A DNA stretch of 52,919 nt, from positions 1 to 52,919 of the IMG/VR virus record IMGVR_UViG_3300045988_125841. One strand, given 5' to 3'. Position 1 is the first letter of the stretch. Every line of letters begins with the position of its first letter. Below, one piece after another: positions 36,422 to 45,711 of this stretch. Below the pieces are notes generated by a model. The model ran no database searches. It was not told the origin of the DNA and worked only from the letters and a program-made list of their open reading frames with translations. Source of the stretch: a virus. The translations under genes and the position numbers were made by a program.

Positions 36422-36980
36422 TTTGCGCCTCATCTAATCGCTGAACATACTCGGTAAAATACCATAGCAGTTCATCTTTGAATACTTCAATAGCTTCCTC
36501 TGTTTTTTGGGATGTTGAGAAATATATAGCATTCGGTCGTCTTAATTTCCGTTCTATTCCTATGTTTAATTCATTTAAACTATAATTATATGCAAAACAA
36601 TATTTATTGATTTTATCATTTTTCCAATCAGACACAGAAATAACCTTGTCATTTTGTGCCTGCCACTGTCTTAAACAACGCAATAACCTATCAGCTCTTG
36701 CATTGTTCTCAGCAATGGTTTTATCGCTGTAATAATTGCCTACATCATAACGATTTTGGTCAAATAGGACGGTATTCTCATTTTCTATTACTAAATCTAT
36801 AGTATTGACAAAATAATACTTCTTATTGTTACATTCTTCTCTTCTCTCATATCCTGTTTTAGGCTTATCCTCAATCAATCCCAGCTTTTTTAGCTGTTCA
36901 AACAATACTGTCTCTTTTAACTGTTCCTCAGGTATTTCAGCCTGAACGCTTTTATCGTTCACTTTCAACTCTACTTTCAT
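36414..36980 (-). CDS. 188-aa protein, unknown
   Basis: ORF in the early operon. Confidence 0.7.
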   Translation of the reverse strand: MKVELKVNDKSVQAEIPEEQLKETVLFEQLKKLGLIEDKPKTGYERREECNNKKYYFVNTIDLVIENENTVLFDQNRYDVGNYYSDKTIAENNARADRLLRCLRQWQAQNDKVISVSDWKNDKINKYCFAYNYSLNELNIGIERKLRRPNAIYFSTSQKTEEAIEVFKDELLWYFTEYVQRLDEAQNG

Positions 36981-36998
36981 TACTTTTCCTCCTTAATT

Positions 36999-37388
36999 TT
37001 ATTTCACCTCAACGCTCACACCCTCGTGCGTGTGCCAATACAATTTGTAATGATATGGGTCTGTATGTGTCCCTGTAATATCTTCAACCGCATACATTGT
37101 GTATTCATTTAAATACACATAGTTTTTCTTATACGAATTCTCACCCGTTTTAACAGTTATCACCAATTCGTTAGTTGTATTATTGGATATACTCATATAT
37201 CCCTCCGCCTCAAGCACGATATTATCTGTTCGTGCATTGTAAACGGTGATTTTTCGTTCGCATTCAAAATAGTCTGCCTGTTTTGACATATTGTAGTTTA
37301 CCATTTCCGCCTCCGAACACGCCGTCAGCATTACTGCTATGCAAAACATCATCAATATTCCAATTATTTTTATAAATCTTCTTTTCAT
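36999..37388 (-). CDS. Lipoprotein (signal peptide plus lipobox)
   Basis: 'MKRRFIKIIGILMMFCIAVMLTAC' is a positively charged n-region, a hydrophobic core and an L-T-A-C lipobox. Confidence 0.8.
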   Translation of the reverse strand: MKRRFIKIIGILMMFCIAVMLTACSEAEMVNYNMSKQADYFECERKITVYNARTDNIVLEAEGYMSISNNTTNELVITVKTGENSYKKNYVYLNEYTMYAVEDITGTHTDPYHYKLYWHTHEGVSVEVK

Positions 37389-37403
37389 TTATTATTCCTC
37401 CGT

Positions 37404-37691
37404 TTATTTTTCTTGAAATTCCTTTAATCTGCCCTCTAAATATTCAATCTCATCTTTCCAATGCTCAATTAGCATTTCTTCGATTTGTTGCTTTGCGTCA
37501 TCTATACTATCAGCCCACAATAGGTCATCGTCTACACTTAATTCTTCTGATATATAATAAAATACTTTATCATCCATTTCATCTTGAACAAAACTCGCAA
37601 TTACCTCATCATCATCTTCATAAAATGGGCTAAAACGAAGTTCGTGCCATTCTTCTCCAAATTCATTCTTTTTGACTTTCCATTCTTTCAT
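37404..37691 (-). CDS. 95-aa very acidic protein (31 D/E), unknown
   Basis: Residue composition was counted from the translation. The gene lies in the early operon. Confidence 0.75.
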   Translation of the reverse strand: MKEWKVKKNEFGEEWHELRFSPFYEDDDEVIASFVQDEMDDKVFYYISEELSVDDDLLWADSIDDAKQQIEEMLIEHWKDEIEYLEGRLKEFQEK

Positions 37692-37701
37692 TTATTATTC
37701 C

Positions 37702-38202
37702 TCACTTTCCCGACCTTAGCATATAAAATAATAACTGCGACATTGACCTTTGACGGTCCTTTGGGTGTGCCTCCATTGCGATTTTTAACGTCCACCACAC
37801 CGTTATATCATCTAATGGCGTTGGATTTTCAAACTCGTCAACAATATCTCTGTCCTCGGAACACGCCACATATACACCCACTTCCCACGGTTTGTCTTTG
37901 ATTATTTGTTTGTATGTTTCCATTGTCGTAACAATGTAATTCCTTTCGCCCTCAAAAGTCAAGCCATTTCCACTGTTGTAGTCTGCCTTGCAACTCTTGA
38001 CCTCGTAGAATATAAATTCCCCTTTTTCTATGCCGCTTGTACTTTGATTTTTCGGTACAAACTGCACGAAGTCAACACGCTTTTCTTTGCCTTTTCCGCC
38101 ACCACAATCAAGTGTAACTTCGCTTGCGTAGTATTTACCCCTACCCGATAATCTTTCAATGAGTAACTTGCTCAAAAATTCGGTTGTTTCTTTCCTGTTC
38201 AT
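37702..38202 (-). CDS. PD-(D/E)xK-type nuclease-like protein (MmcB-like pattern)
   Basis: 'RVDFVQF...FIFYEVKSCKADY' fits a D...E-x-K arrangement. The family call is tentative. Confidence 0.65.
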   Translation of the reverse strand: MNRKETTEFLSKLLIERLSGRGKYYASEVTLDCGGGKGKEKRVDFVQFVPKNQSTSGIEKGEFIFYEVKSCKADYNSGNGLTFEGERNYIVTTMETYKQIIKDKPWEVGVYVACSEDRDIVDEFENPTPLDDITVWWTLKIAMEAHPKDRQRSMSQLLFYMLRSGK

Positions 38203-38510
38203 ATTTTCTCCTCCAACATCGCCGTAAGCAACAGCAAATAATTTATACTGTCACCTATTTTTTCAGTCCACATTTCTTTTGATATTGCCTTGCCTTGTTC
38301 GTAATCATCAATCAAATCGTACACGCTGACAGTATGCTTTGCCATCATACCACCTAACGCTTTAACTGCTGTGCATTTCTGCAATTTACCTGCCACTTTG
38401 AAATTATGTAATCTATCATCGGTTGCATATTCTTCCGCTTTACTGCATAGAACGCTTTTACACGTTTCTATGCGGTTGTTTATAACTTCTTCAAATTGTT
38501 CAGTTCTCAT
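38199..38510 (-). CDS. ~103-aa protein, DUF1599-like (nucleotide-modification-associated) pattern, tentative
   Basis: Start moved to 'MRTEQ' (SD 'GAGGTG'). The 'EEYATDDRLHNFKVAGKL...MAKHTVSVYDLI' pattern is present. Confidence 0.6.
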   Translation of the reverse strand: MRTEQFEEVINNRIETCKSVLCSKAEEYATDDRLHNFKVAGKLQKCTAVKALGGMMAKHTVSVYDLIDDYEQGKAISKEMWTEKIGDSINYLLLLTAMLEEKI

Positions 38511-38521
38511 ATCGTCACCTC

Positions 38522-38764
38522 TTATTCGCACGGCTCGTACTTTGCGTGGAACACATCAGGCTTACACGGGTAATATTCCCCTCGTAGTCCTCTGATGATG
38601 TAGTCACCTGTGCTTGCTACCATATCACCCTCTAATGTTTTTATTATCAGTACTCCGTTTGTAATAATAGCACTTTCATTTTTTACAAATCGCATAATCT
38701 CTACTACATTTCTGCCCGTCCATTGTACCGCCTCAATTTCACACGGTTTTGTTCTAAACTTCAT
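38522..38764 (-). CDS. 80-aa conserved small phage protein, unknown
   Basis: '[26 protein letters not shown]' is a motif seen widely in phage early regions. Confidence 0.7.
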   Translation of the reverse strand: MKFRTKPCEIEAVQWTGRNVVEIMRFVKNESAIITNGVLIIKTLEGDMVASTGDYIIRGLRGEYYPCKPDVFHAKYEPCE

Positions 38765-39384
38765 TTTTGTTCCTCCATTAATTTTAACGTTCTTTTCAGT
38801 TTTTCGTCTGCAATTTTGTTTATTGTGCCATTGTCAATGTTAAATAAATATTGCAACTGTATCATCATTACAATTACGTCCGATAATTCTTCCTCTACAC
38901 TGTCTTGAACTTCGGACATTAATTTTAGTGCAGGCTGACCGCCTTGCGATATTCTCAAATACTTAGTCAACGCTTGTGTTAATTCAGCCATTTCTTCAAT
39001 CGCTACCGGAATTTGTTTAATACCGTAATAATTTGCTATGTCTAACCAATCTTGTTTTTTGTATATCGGCATAACCGCATTTTCTTCCAAATACTTTAGT
39101 GTGTGTAACCAATTTGCAAGCTGTTGGTGTTCTTCTACATACTCCAAACAATTTTTAATTGTGACTTCTTCGCAATATTCTATCGCCTCATCAAGCGTCA
39201 TAGTCTTTGATTTTATTTCTGTTGTCGAACGCATATTCCAGTTGCTTATTACGCTCTCTTTTTCTACTGCCGTGCAACTTCTTGCACTGCATTGGTGACA
39301 TTCTATCTGATAATAGCCACAATATGATTGATATAATTCCGCCTCGCCTCCGCAGAACGGACACGGCTTTAATTCATTATACAT
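38761..39384 (-). CDS. Fusion of a Lar-like restriction-alleviation zinc ribbon and a MazG-like NTP pyrophosphohydrolase domain
   Basis: N-terminus '[13 protein letters not shown]...CHQCSA' is Lar family-like. The C-terminal '[12 protein letters not shown]' and '[13 protein letters not shown]' are MazG-type acidic motifs. Confidence 0.75.
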   Translation of the reverse strand: MYNELKPCPFCGGEAELYQSYCGYYQIECHQCSARSCTAVEKESVISNWNMRSTTEIKSKTMTLDEAIEYCEEVTIKNCLEYVEEHQQLANWLHTLKYLEENAVMPIYKKQDWLDIANYYGIKQIPVAIEEMAELTQALTKYLRISQGGQPALKLMSEVQDSVEEELSDVIVMMIQLQYLFNIDNGTINKIADEKLKRTLKLMEEQK

Positions 39385-39387
39385 TTT

Positions 39388-39738
39388 CTATTCCTCCAAC
39401 TCATTTATCTTCTCAAATATGTAATCTACCGCAGACTTCAAATCATTACCGACGCTTTGGATGTTCTGCGGTGTTAGTTGTGAACTGACAAGCATTGTGT
39501 AACAAGTTTTCTCGCTTGGTAATGCGATATTCAACGCTAAGCTACTTATCAATGCGACAATGAGTATTTTAAACCGCTCACTAAAGTATCGTCGTTCCTC
39601 TTCTTCGTTAAGATATTCATAAAGACTAACAGCTGCAGCAAATCCCACTACAAGCATAACTATAAACAATGCAGTTTTGAAATTGTCGCACAAATTAATT
39701 AAATAAATCAAACTTGGTTTAATTATCGGCGTATTCAT
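39388..39738 (-). CDS. 116-aa membrane protein (two TM helices)
   Basis: Hydrophobic segments 'TALFIVMLVVGFAAAVSL' and 'ILIVALISSLALNIAL'. Confidence 0.65.
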   Translation of the reverse strand: MNTPIIKPSLIYLINLCDNFKTALFIVMLVVGFAAAVSLYEYLNEEEERRYFSERFKILIVALISSLALNIALPSEKTCYTMLVSSQLTPQNIQSVGNDLKSAVDYIFEKINELEE

Positions 39739-39989
39739 TACTCATTTCCTCCTTCAAATATTGGTTTATATTTATTGCCTATCGGTGTGTTATACAATCC
39801 GCACGCCTCATATTTGCTACGCCAATTTGTATTAGCCTCTCTCGTTATACCATACGCCTTGCATTTGCAGTGATGTTTTCCGTCAACTGCTATTGTTGTG
39901 AAGTTACAGCAATTACGGCATAACACTCCTTCCATTTCGCCGTATTCTCGATACATAGCACCGATTTTAATTCTCTTTTTCTTCGCCAT
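39738..39989 (-). CDS. ~83-aa Cys-rich protein, unknown
   Basis: Start moved to 'MAKKKR' (SD 'gaggagga'). The motif 'CRNCCNF...HHCKCK...C' is present. Confidence 0.6.
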   Translation of the reverse strand: MAKKKRIKIGAMYREYGEMEGVLCRNCCNFTTIAVDGKHHCKCKAYGITREANTNWRSKYEACGLYNTPIGNKYKPIFEGGNE

Positions 39990-40413
39990 TTTCTTCCTCC
40001 TCAAAATCACTAACCACTTTTATAATTCTTATAATCACTTTCATAATAGTTTCATTTTCTGTGTAATTACTGCTATATTCAGTATGCAGTAATGTGCTTG
40101 CTCTACCCATTTCATAGTAATGAGCCATAAAATTCATGTTAAAAAACGAATTTTTTTCTGGAAATTGATTAAGCATTCTTAATCTGTATTCTGTTTGCTT
40201 GAGCATTATATCTTGAACTGCCTCTTTTGCGTCTTTCGAGTTGCGGATCGAGGCAATGCAAAGGTCTATAAATTTTAATTTATTAAAATCTAAATTTTCT
40301 GTTTTTGCTTCGCCTAAATATTCTTTGAATATCTTGCGAATAATATCATCGAAATCATACGGCAAACGCGTATTCATTTCTATTTCCACGTCCATTGGTA
40401 ATTTAATAGTCAT
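39967..40413 (-). CDS. ~148-aa protein, unknown, with an acidic C-terminus
   Basis: Start moved to 'MTIKLP' (SD 'ggagga' 8 nt upstream). This removes the overlap with the resolvase gene. Confidence 0.65.
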   Translation of the reverse strand: MTIKLPMDVEIEMNTRLPYDFDDIIRKIFKEYLGEAKTENLDFNKLKFIDLCIASIRNSKDAKEAVQDIMLKQTEYRLRMLNQFPEKNSFFNMNFMAHYYEMGRASTLLHTEYSSNYTENETIMKVIIRIIKVVSDFEEEENGEEKEN

Positions 40414-40417
40414 TATC

Positions 40418-40900
40418 TTATTCCTCCATATCAATCCACGTTATCCCCACTGCATAAGCCGCCCAAATGTCACTTTTGAAGCCGTAAAACCAGTCAGGAT
40501 TTTTCTTTGCTCCCTTGCCGTTCTTTAAATCGTGCTTTGCAAATCTGTCTATCAAAGCCCTGCGGATAGTTGTGTCGTTGGCTTTCATACTGTGACAGAT
40601 ATTCATTTTTTCATCTTTGCGTGTTATGTATTGAACATCCTTTTGTAATTGCTTTGCTTTTTCAGTAAACCTGCCTATCCAAACACACGTTTCAAACACT
40701 TCACGTCCAACCGGCATACCGTAGCACGCCACCATTTCAATAACAACAACGTCCGCTTGATGTACTCTTATCAGGCGTTCAAAACTGTCTAACAATTCGT
40801 TGTTATCCGTCTTTCCGAAGTCTTGCGGTTTCATTGTTTCTCCGTCAATAATGCACCAACCGCTTTGTGCATTACCGGGGTCTATAGAAAATACAATCAT
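40418..40900 (-). CDS. RuvC-like Holliday junction resolvase
   Basis: The N-terminal 'FSIDPGNAQSGW' RuvC-type motif and a later acidic 'VVVIEMV' are present. Confidence 0.75.
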   Translation of the reverse strand: MIVFSIDPGNAQSGWCIIDGETMKPQDFGKTDNNELLDSFERLIRVHQADVVVIEMVACYGMPVGREVFETCVWIGRFTEKAKQLQKDVQYITRKDEKMNICHSMKANDTTIRRALIDRFAKHDLKNGKGAKKNPDWFYGFKSDIWAAYAVGITWIDMEE

Positions 40901-41730
40901 TACGTTTTCTCCCTCATTATTTTTTCAAGTTCGTCATAATCAAGGCTATCGTCTCTGTTAATGCTAAGCTCATTTTCATTGCCTTTATACGCTCGCTTTG
41001 CACTTTGCACTTCCGCAAGCGTGGTACGTCCTGCGTTAAAGTGATTACGCAATATAGCCTCTATATACTTGTAATTACGTTTGTTGTTCTTTACAGCTTC
41101 GCTTATAGCATATTCAACGACATCTTCTGACATAGCATTAAGCCAATCATCTAAGCCTTGCAGTGTAATCGGTGTCAAAGGTGCTATATTGTTCTCATAT
41201 AGCTTAACAATTCTTACAGGCAGACGTGGCAGTTCCCTTTCTTCTACTTTCTTTTCTTTTACTTTACTTTCTTCTACTTTCTTTTGTTCGGAAATGTTTA
41301 CATTTTTGCTTGAAATGTTTACATTTTCATTTAAAATGCGTACATTCTTATAAATTTGGTCGACTTTAATTAAGAGGTACTCTTTTCTGACTTCAACTTC
41401 TTTACGGCGACTGACTGCCTCGAAGTATCTTTCTTGTATGCCTCTCGAAGTCAAGATTTGATACTTGTCATAAAGTTCACTGTCAAATATACCTCTTTTA
41501 ATCGCGGCTCTCACTATTTCGGACACGGCATCACCACCCAAACCTACATTCTTTCCGAACAATAATGCAACGTCTTCTGTCCATTCACAATAGTAACCTT
41601 GCTGTCCGTATATCTTTTGGAACAACTTAACGACTATCGCAAACCCTTTCAGCCCAAATTCAGCCTCGATTAATTCAAATTTATCATCTAAATGTACGTT
41701 CAGCGGAAAGTAGTTAATTCCGTTGTTCAT
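40900..41730 (-). CDS. Replication initiator/organiser (DUF4373-like N-terminus plus DnaD-like C-terminal domain)
   Basis: 'YFPLNVHLDDKFELIEAEFGLKGFAIVVKL' at the N-terminus. 'NYKYIEAILRNHFNAGRTTLAEV' is a DnaD-domain-like C-terminus. Confidence 0.85.
   Translation of the reverse strand: MNNGINYFPLNVHLDDKFELIEAEFGLKGFAIVVKLFQKIYGQQGYYCEWTEDVALLFGKNVGLGGDAVSEIVRAAIKRGIFDSELYDKYQILTSRGIQERYFEAVSRRKEVEVRKEYLLIKVDQIYKNVRILNENVNISSKNVNISEQKKVEESKVKEKKVEERELPRLPVRIVKLYENNIAPLTPITLQGLDDWLNAMSEDVVEYAISEAVKNNKRNYKYIEAILRNHFNAGRTTLAEVQSAKRAYKGNENELSINRDDSLDYDELEKIMREKT
41238..41348. repeat. Candidate replication origin inside the initiator gene: two 18-nt repeats and three 16-nt iterons
   Basis: 'tttcttctactttctttt' at 41238..41255 and 41268..41285. 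'gaaatgtttacatttt' at 41291..41306 and 41312..41327, with the degenerate 'aaaatgcgtacattct' at 41333..41348 (21-nt period). Confidence 0.6.
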
Positions 41731-41742
41731 ACACTACACCTC

Positions 41743-42174
41743 TTAAAACGGCAAATCTTCTTCATCACCGATAGTAGCGAAATCATCACCATATTGACTG
41801 TTTAAATCATCAATACTGCTATCTGAAAAATCGGTGTCATTTCCCTTTGTCCCACTTCCTGACTTGCTACCTGTAAAGTACGCCTCGTCTACAATAACTT
41901 CTGTCGCATACTGCTTTTTACCGTCATTACCGTCCCAACTTCTTGTCTGAATGCTTCCGACTATGGCAATCATACTGCCCTTTTGGAAATATCGTGCGAT
42001 AAATTCGCCTGTCTTACGCCACGCAATACAGTTAATAAAATCAGCCTGTTGTCCGCCGTCTTTTACAAATCTTCGATTTACCGCAATAGTAAATCTTGCG
42101 ACCGAAAGATTGTTCGGCGTTTGTCTTATCTCAACGTCTTTTGTAAGGCGTCCCATTAATATAACTTTATTCAT
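41743..42174 (-). CDS. ssb: Single-stranded DNA-binding protein
   Basis: 'MNKVILMGRLTKDVEIRQT' starts an OB fold. The acidic tail ends in 'DEEDLPF'. Confidence 0.92.
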   Translation of the reverse strand: MNKVILMGRLTKDVEIRQTPNNLSVARFTIAVNRRFVKDGGQQADFINCIAWRKTGEFIARYFQKGSMIAIVGSIQTRSWDGNDGKKQYATEVIVDEAYFTGSKSGSGTKGNDTDFSDSSIDDLNSQYGDDFATIGDEEDLPF

Positions 42175-42391
42175 TGTGATGTGCCGCCTTTTTTGTTTTT
42201 TTAATAATATTTTTTGCGTGCTTTATAGAACTTTTTAACAAATACATAATTTCGTCTTTTGTTCCGCTACCATTACAAAAAGAGGTAACACCATATGTAT
42301 CGCTCTGTCGATTGCCGTGTACAACGTAAGCCACCTTGCAATCAGATTCATATGTAATCTTGTCATTATCGTCATAAACTACTACTTTCAT
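42167..42391 (-). CDS. 74-aa protein, unknown
   Basis: ORF in the replication module. Confidence 0.6.
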   Translation of the reverse strand: MKVVVYDDNDKITYESDCKVAYVVHGNRQSDTYGVTSFCNGSGTKDEIMYLLKSSIKHAKNIIKKTKKAAHHNE

Positions 42392-42401
42392 TTTTGTCCT
42401 C

Positions 42402-43112
42402 CTATTTCTTCAATCCAAGTACCTTACACAAATATTCATCAAGTTTTATTGATGTCAAATGATACTTATTATTAAAATCTACCTTTCCTATTTTATGTGC
42501 CTCTGTGTGATGTAATCGACATAGCGGTTGTACTTCTTTATTCAAATGGTGTGTTGTCTTGCGGTTTACGCCACTTCCAACCGTATCAACGTGGTGTATA
42601 TCTGCTTTCTTCCCACACACCGCACAACGTCTTTTAGCACAACATAGATACAAATACCTGTCTATATCCTCCGTTATATTTAATAGACTGTCATTTGTCG
42701 GTATATCGTGATTTATGCATAGTTCAATGAGCCACGATATAAAATCTTTAGCGGTTGTCATATCTACGTCCGACAGACTGAATATATCAATATCCAAACA
42801 CTCACAATAATTCAACGTAAGTTGCCTGCGAAGTGCTTCGTTATCACTCTTGTCTATTATGTACAGCAGTTTCATCAACCTCAATTCTTCTTGATACTCG
42901 CGCTTATTTGATATTCCGTTTATGTATGTACCTATATCGTTCACCAGTGCGAATATCTTACGTCTTTGTTTGTTCGATATACTCCGTCCGTCGTTCAAAC
43001 GAATTTCACAATCTGTTATACACTTCTGTTCCAATGCGCTTGTATTGTCAAACGGTGCGACTATCGTAAGAAATTCGCCGTCATAGTCCTTGATTACACC
43101 CTGTATTTCCAT
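42402..43112 (-). CDS. HNH-type nuclease-like protein (DUF968/YajD-like pattern)
   Basis: Start moved to 'MEIQGV' (SD 'gagga' 8 nt upstream). The motif 'CAVCGKKADIHHVDTVG...PLCRLHHTEAH' is present. Confidence 0.7.
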   Translation of the reverse strand: MEIQGVIKDYDGEFLTIVAPFDNTSALEQKCITDCEIRLNDGRSISNKQRRKIFALVNDIGTYINGISNKREYQEELRLMKLLYIIDKSDNEALRRQLTLNYCECLDIDIFSLSDVDMTTAKDFISWLIELCINHDIPTNDSLLNITEDIDRYLYLCCAKRRCAVCGKKADIHHVDTVGSGVNRKTTHHLNKEVQPLCRLHHTEAHKIGKVDFNNKYHLTSIKLDEYLCKVLGLKK

Positions 43113-43749
43113 TATTTCTATCCTCGTGTTGATGTAGATATACATATGAACCATTACGCCCGATGTTTTCGTAAATGAAATTATCACATTTTTGTTTGCT
43201 TAGATGTGTATGTAAAACACCACGCTCGTAAGCATACTGTCCTTGTCGCTCTTTCTCTCGTATTCGCTCTTGTATTTCTTCATCTATGTAATTTGCTTCT
43301 ATCATATAAAGGTCGTAATTTTCAGCCTTTATGCCTTTCATACTGTTGGTGTCGGTTGCATATATCAGTCTCTCGTTGTTCATAAATATTCTGTATCCGA
43401 AGTTTGGTACATCGTGATACAGCTTTATAGGTGATATTTGAAACAATCCATAATTGTATGTCTTGCCCGCCTCTACAACGTCTATATTGCTTTTATCGAC
43501 ACCACATTCAACCAAATCATTTAACAGATGAACTCCCGCCGCAAACCGTAATGTTGGGCGGTTATTCGCCAACGCTTTAATTGTTCGCCTGTTAAAATGA
43601 TCCGAATGGATATGTGTTAATAACACAATTTTTATATTCTTGTATACGTCCTTTAACGCTCTAAACGAAACGCCGCAATCTATGAGTATAACATCATTAA
43701 TAACTACGGCGTTCCCCTTACTGCCTGTGCTGATGATGTTATATTCCAT
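43081..43749 (-). CDS. Metallo-beta-lactamase-fold hydrolase
   Basis: Start moved to 'MEYNII', 1 nt after the recT stop. 'LLTHIHSDHFN' is an HxHxDH motif. Confidence 0.75.
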   Translation of the reverse strand: MEYNIISTGSKGNAVVINDVILIDCGVSFRALKDVYKNIKIVLLTHIHSDHFNRRTIKALANNRPTLRFAAGVHLLNDLVECGVDKSNIDVVEAGKTYNYGLFQISPIKLYHDVPNFGYRIFMNNERLIYATDTNSMKGIKAENYDLYMIEANYIDEEIQERIREKERQGQYAYERGVLHTHLSKQKCDNFIYENIGRNGSYVYLHQHEDRNNGNTGCNQGL

Positions 43750-43750
43750 A

Positions 43751-44608
43751 TCAATCAAAATCATCAAGCGACATAGGCTCGTCTGCTTCTTCTGTAGGAA
43801 CATTTGACTGTTGTTCCCCGAAATCATCAGGTTCTTGCTGTTCAACTTCCGTATACGTCGTATCGATTGTATCTATGTATTCTGTTTCGCCGTCCTCGTT
43901 GATTACTGCCATATCCTTTGAATAAACGTCTTGCATTTCAATGGACATAATGCCCCATTTGGAGATTAGCTGACGTAACATAGTTTTATATGCCATACCG
44001 TCAAAATCTTTTTCCCAAAATGTATAACCTTTTCTTGCTTTGTAACCTTGTGAATACTTCAATGCGTGTTGCTCCATTTTTGACTTAGACCAATAAATTG
44101 CTTTTTTAAAACCGTTCTGATACTCGAACATTGCATAATAGCCGATTGTTTCGGCTTGCTCTCTTTGTTCTTCGTCGTCAATTAACTGTACTTCTATTTC
44201 TTCTTCCAAAGGGTCAAACTTAACGAGTTCGCCTTTTTTGATAGCAAGTACATTTAGCTTTTTATAATATCCACTGCGTATCGCAAGCTGAATATATCCC
44301 TTATATCCAAGCTGAAATTGTGCCTTTTTACAATGATTTTTGTTATCATTAAATGGCACAAGGTAATATTGTCCAAGCTGTGGTGACGGAGATAAGTTAA
44401 GACTTTCACCGAGCAATGCCGCCGACACTATCGTTCCTGCTTCGCACTCTTGTAGTGCAGGATTGGCAGACACCGCCGAAATGATAGATGATGTAAAACG
44501 TCTTGCTCGGTTTGGATCTTGCAATGTGTTATTTATAGCCCTCTGGAATTTATCCGTTGTAATCGCCGTCCTAAATGACGGTTTTTGTTTTGCAATTTGA
44601 TTATTCAT
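43751..44608 (-). CDS. recT: RecT-family single-strand annealing recombinase
   Basis: 'FQLGYKGYIQLAIRSGYY' and the overall RecT-like pattern. It is paired with a DUF1351-like gene upstream. Confidence 0.85.
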   Translation of the reverse strand: MNNQIAKQKPSFRTAITTDKFQRAINNTLQDPNRARRFTSSIISAVSANPALQECEAGTIVSAALLGESLNLSPSPQLGQYYLVPFNDNKNHCKKAQFQLGYKGYIQLAIRSGYYKKLNVLAIKKGELVKFDPLEEEIEVQLIDDEEQREQAETIGYYAMFEYQNGFKKAIYWSKSKMEQHALKYSQGYKARKGYTFWEKDFDGMAYKTMLRQLISKWGIMSIEMQDVYSKDMAVINEDGETEYIDTIDTTYTEVEQQEPDDFGEQQSNVPTEEADEPMSLDDFD

Positions 44609-45479
44609 AACGAATACCTTCTTTCTTCATAAATTCTTTTAATTGCTTTAACTGTTGTCGCGTGCCGTATGCCTTAAACTGTACCGCAAATATTTTTTCT
44701 TCTTGTGGCTTAATCTCTGTTTCTACCGGCTTGATCACTTCCGGTGGTGTGAGCGGTTTTTCTATTTGCTCATCAACCTTTTGTGAGGCAACTTCTTTTT
44801 GTATCTCTGCTCTTTTTCTTTCAATCTCTCTTTCTTTTTCCTCTTGTATAGCCTGCATACGAGCCTTGACGACTTGAACTGCTTCCGATACGTTGAGGCT
44901 TTTCTTGTACTCGACAAGTATAGCTTCTTTGTCCTCTTGCGTTTCAATCATTTTTAAATCACAAGATACTCTGTCAATGGCATCTTTTACAGCGTTTTTT
45001 AATGATTTCATACTTGCCGACATTGTTATGTTAATACCGAGCTTGTCAAATGTAAGAAAATCAATATTTTTTGAGGCTACATACTCGTTAAAATATTCAA
45101 CAACCTCTTGTTTCTTGATGTCCTTTATACCGTTTTCCACACTGTTTATTTTTGTTTTCAACTGTGCGTCTGTATCTTTGTAAACACTCATACAACTTTT
45201 GAACTTGTTCTGTACCGCTTGTATCGGTGCTATTGCTGTTTCCATAGCCTCTTTATAACGTTTTTCAAGTTCCGTGCGTTCTTTTGTTAATGCACTTCTC
45301 ATTGACTTTATTTGCTTGTAATTATCCTCCGTACACTCATATTGCAAGGCACTTTGTGTACGTTCCTGAATAATCTCTTGAAGTTTGTCCAACTGCTCCG
45401 ATATAACCGGTAGTTGGTTCACTGTAATAATTCCAAACTCACCCTCTGCATTTTCTAATATCTTAATATCTTCACTCAT
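44601..45479 (-). CDS. 292-aa coiled-coil protein (DUF1351-like position next to recT)
   Basis: Call rests on position and helical composition. The family call is tentative. Confidence 0.7.
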   Translation of the reverse strand: MSEDIKILENAEGEFGIITVNQLPVISEQLDKLQEIIQERTQSALQYECTEDNYKQIKSMRSALTKERTELEKRYKEAMETAIAPIQAVQNKFKSCMSVYKDTDAQLKTKINSVENGIKDIKKQEVVEYFNEYVASKNIDFLTFDKLGINITMSASMKSLKNAVKDAIDRVSCDLKMIETQEDKEAILVEYKKSLNVSEAVQVVKARMQAIQEEKEREIERKRAEIQKEVASQKVDEQIEKPLTPPEVIKPVETEIKPQEEKIFAVQFKAYGTRQQLKQLKEFMKKEGIRYE

Positions 45480-45676
45480 ATATCTACCTCTCCTGTCCTC
45501 GCGAATTCCTCTATACAGTTTTCGCAGACAACTATATCTGCGATTTCGTAGTATTTGTCGCCTACAAATATAGGCTCATTGCACTCGTCACAAGTACAGG
45601 CAACTACTTCTTCGCCACAACTGTCCTCGCTGTAGTTGCCTGTTATCTCTTTATCAACATCAATGTATCCGAACAT
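45476..45676 (-). CDS. 66-aa zinc-ribbon-like protein
   Basis: 'CTCDECNEPI...VCENC'. Confidence 0.6.
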   Translation of the reverse strand: MFGYIDVDKEITGNYSEDSCGEEVVACTCDECNEPIFVGDKYYEIADIVVCENCIEEFARTGEVDI

Positions 45677-45705
45677 TTGACATTTTCCTTTCTATGTGTT
45701 AAAAT
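45677..45705 (+). promoter_or_regulatory. Near-consensus plus-strand promoter inside the minus-strand early operon
   Basis: -35 'TTGACA' (45677..45682), a 17-nt spacer and -10 'TAAAAT' (45700..45705) with an upstream TGn. A second 'TGtTATAAT' lies at 45713..45721. Confidence 0.45.
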
Positions 45706-45711
45706 ATCGAT

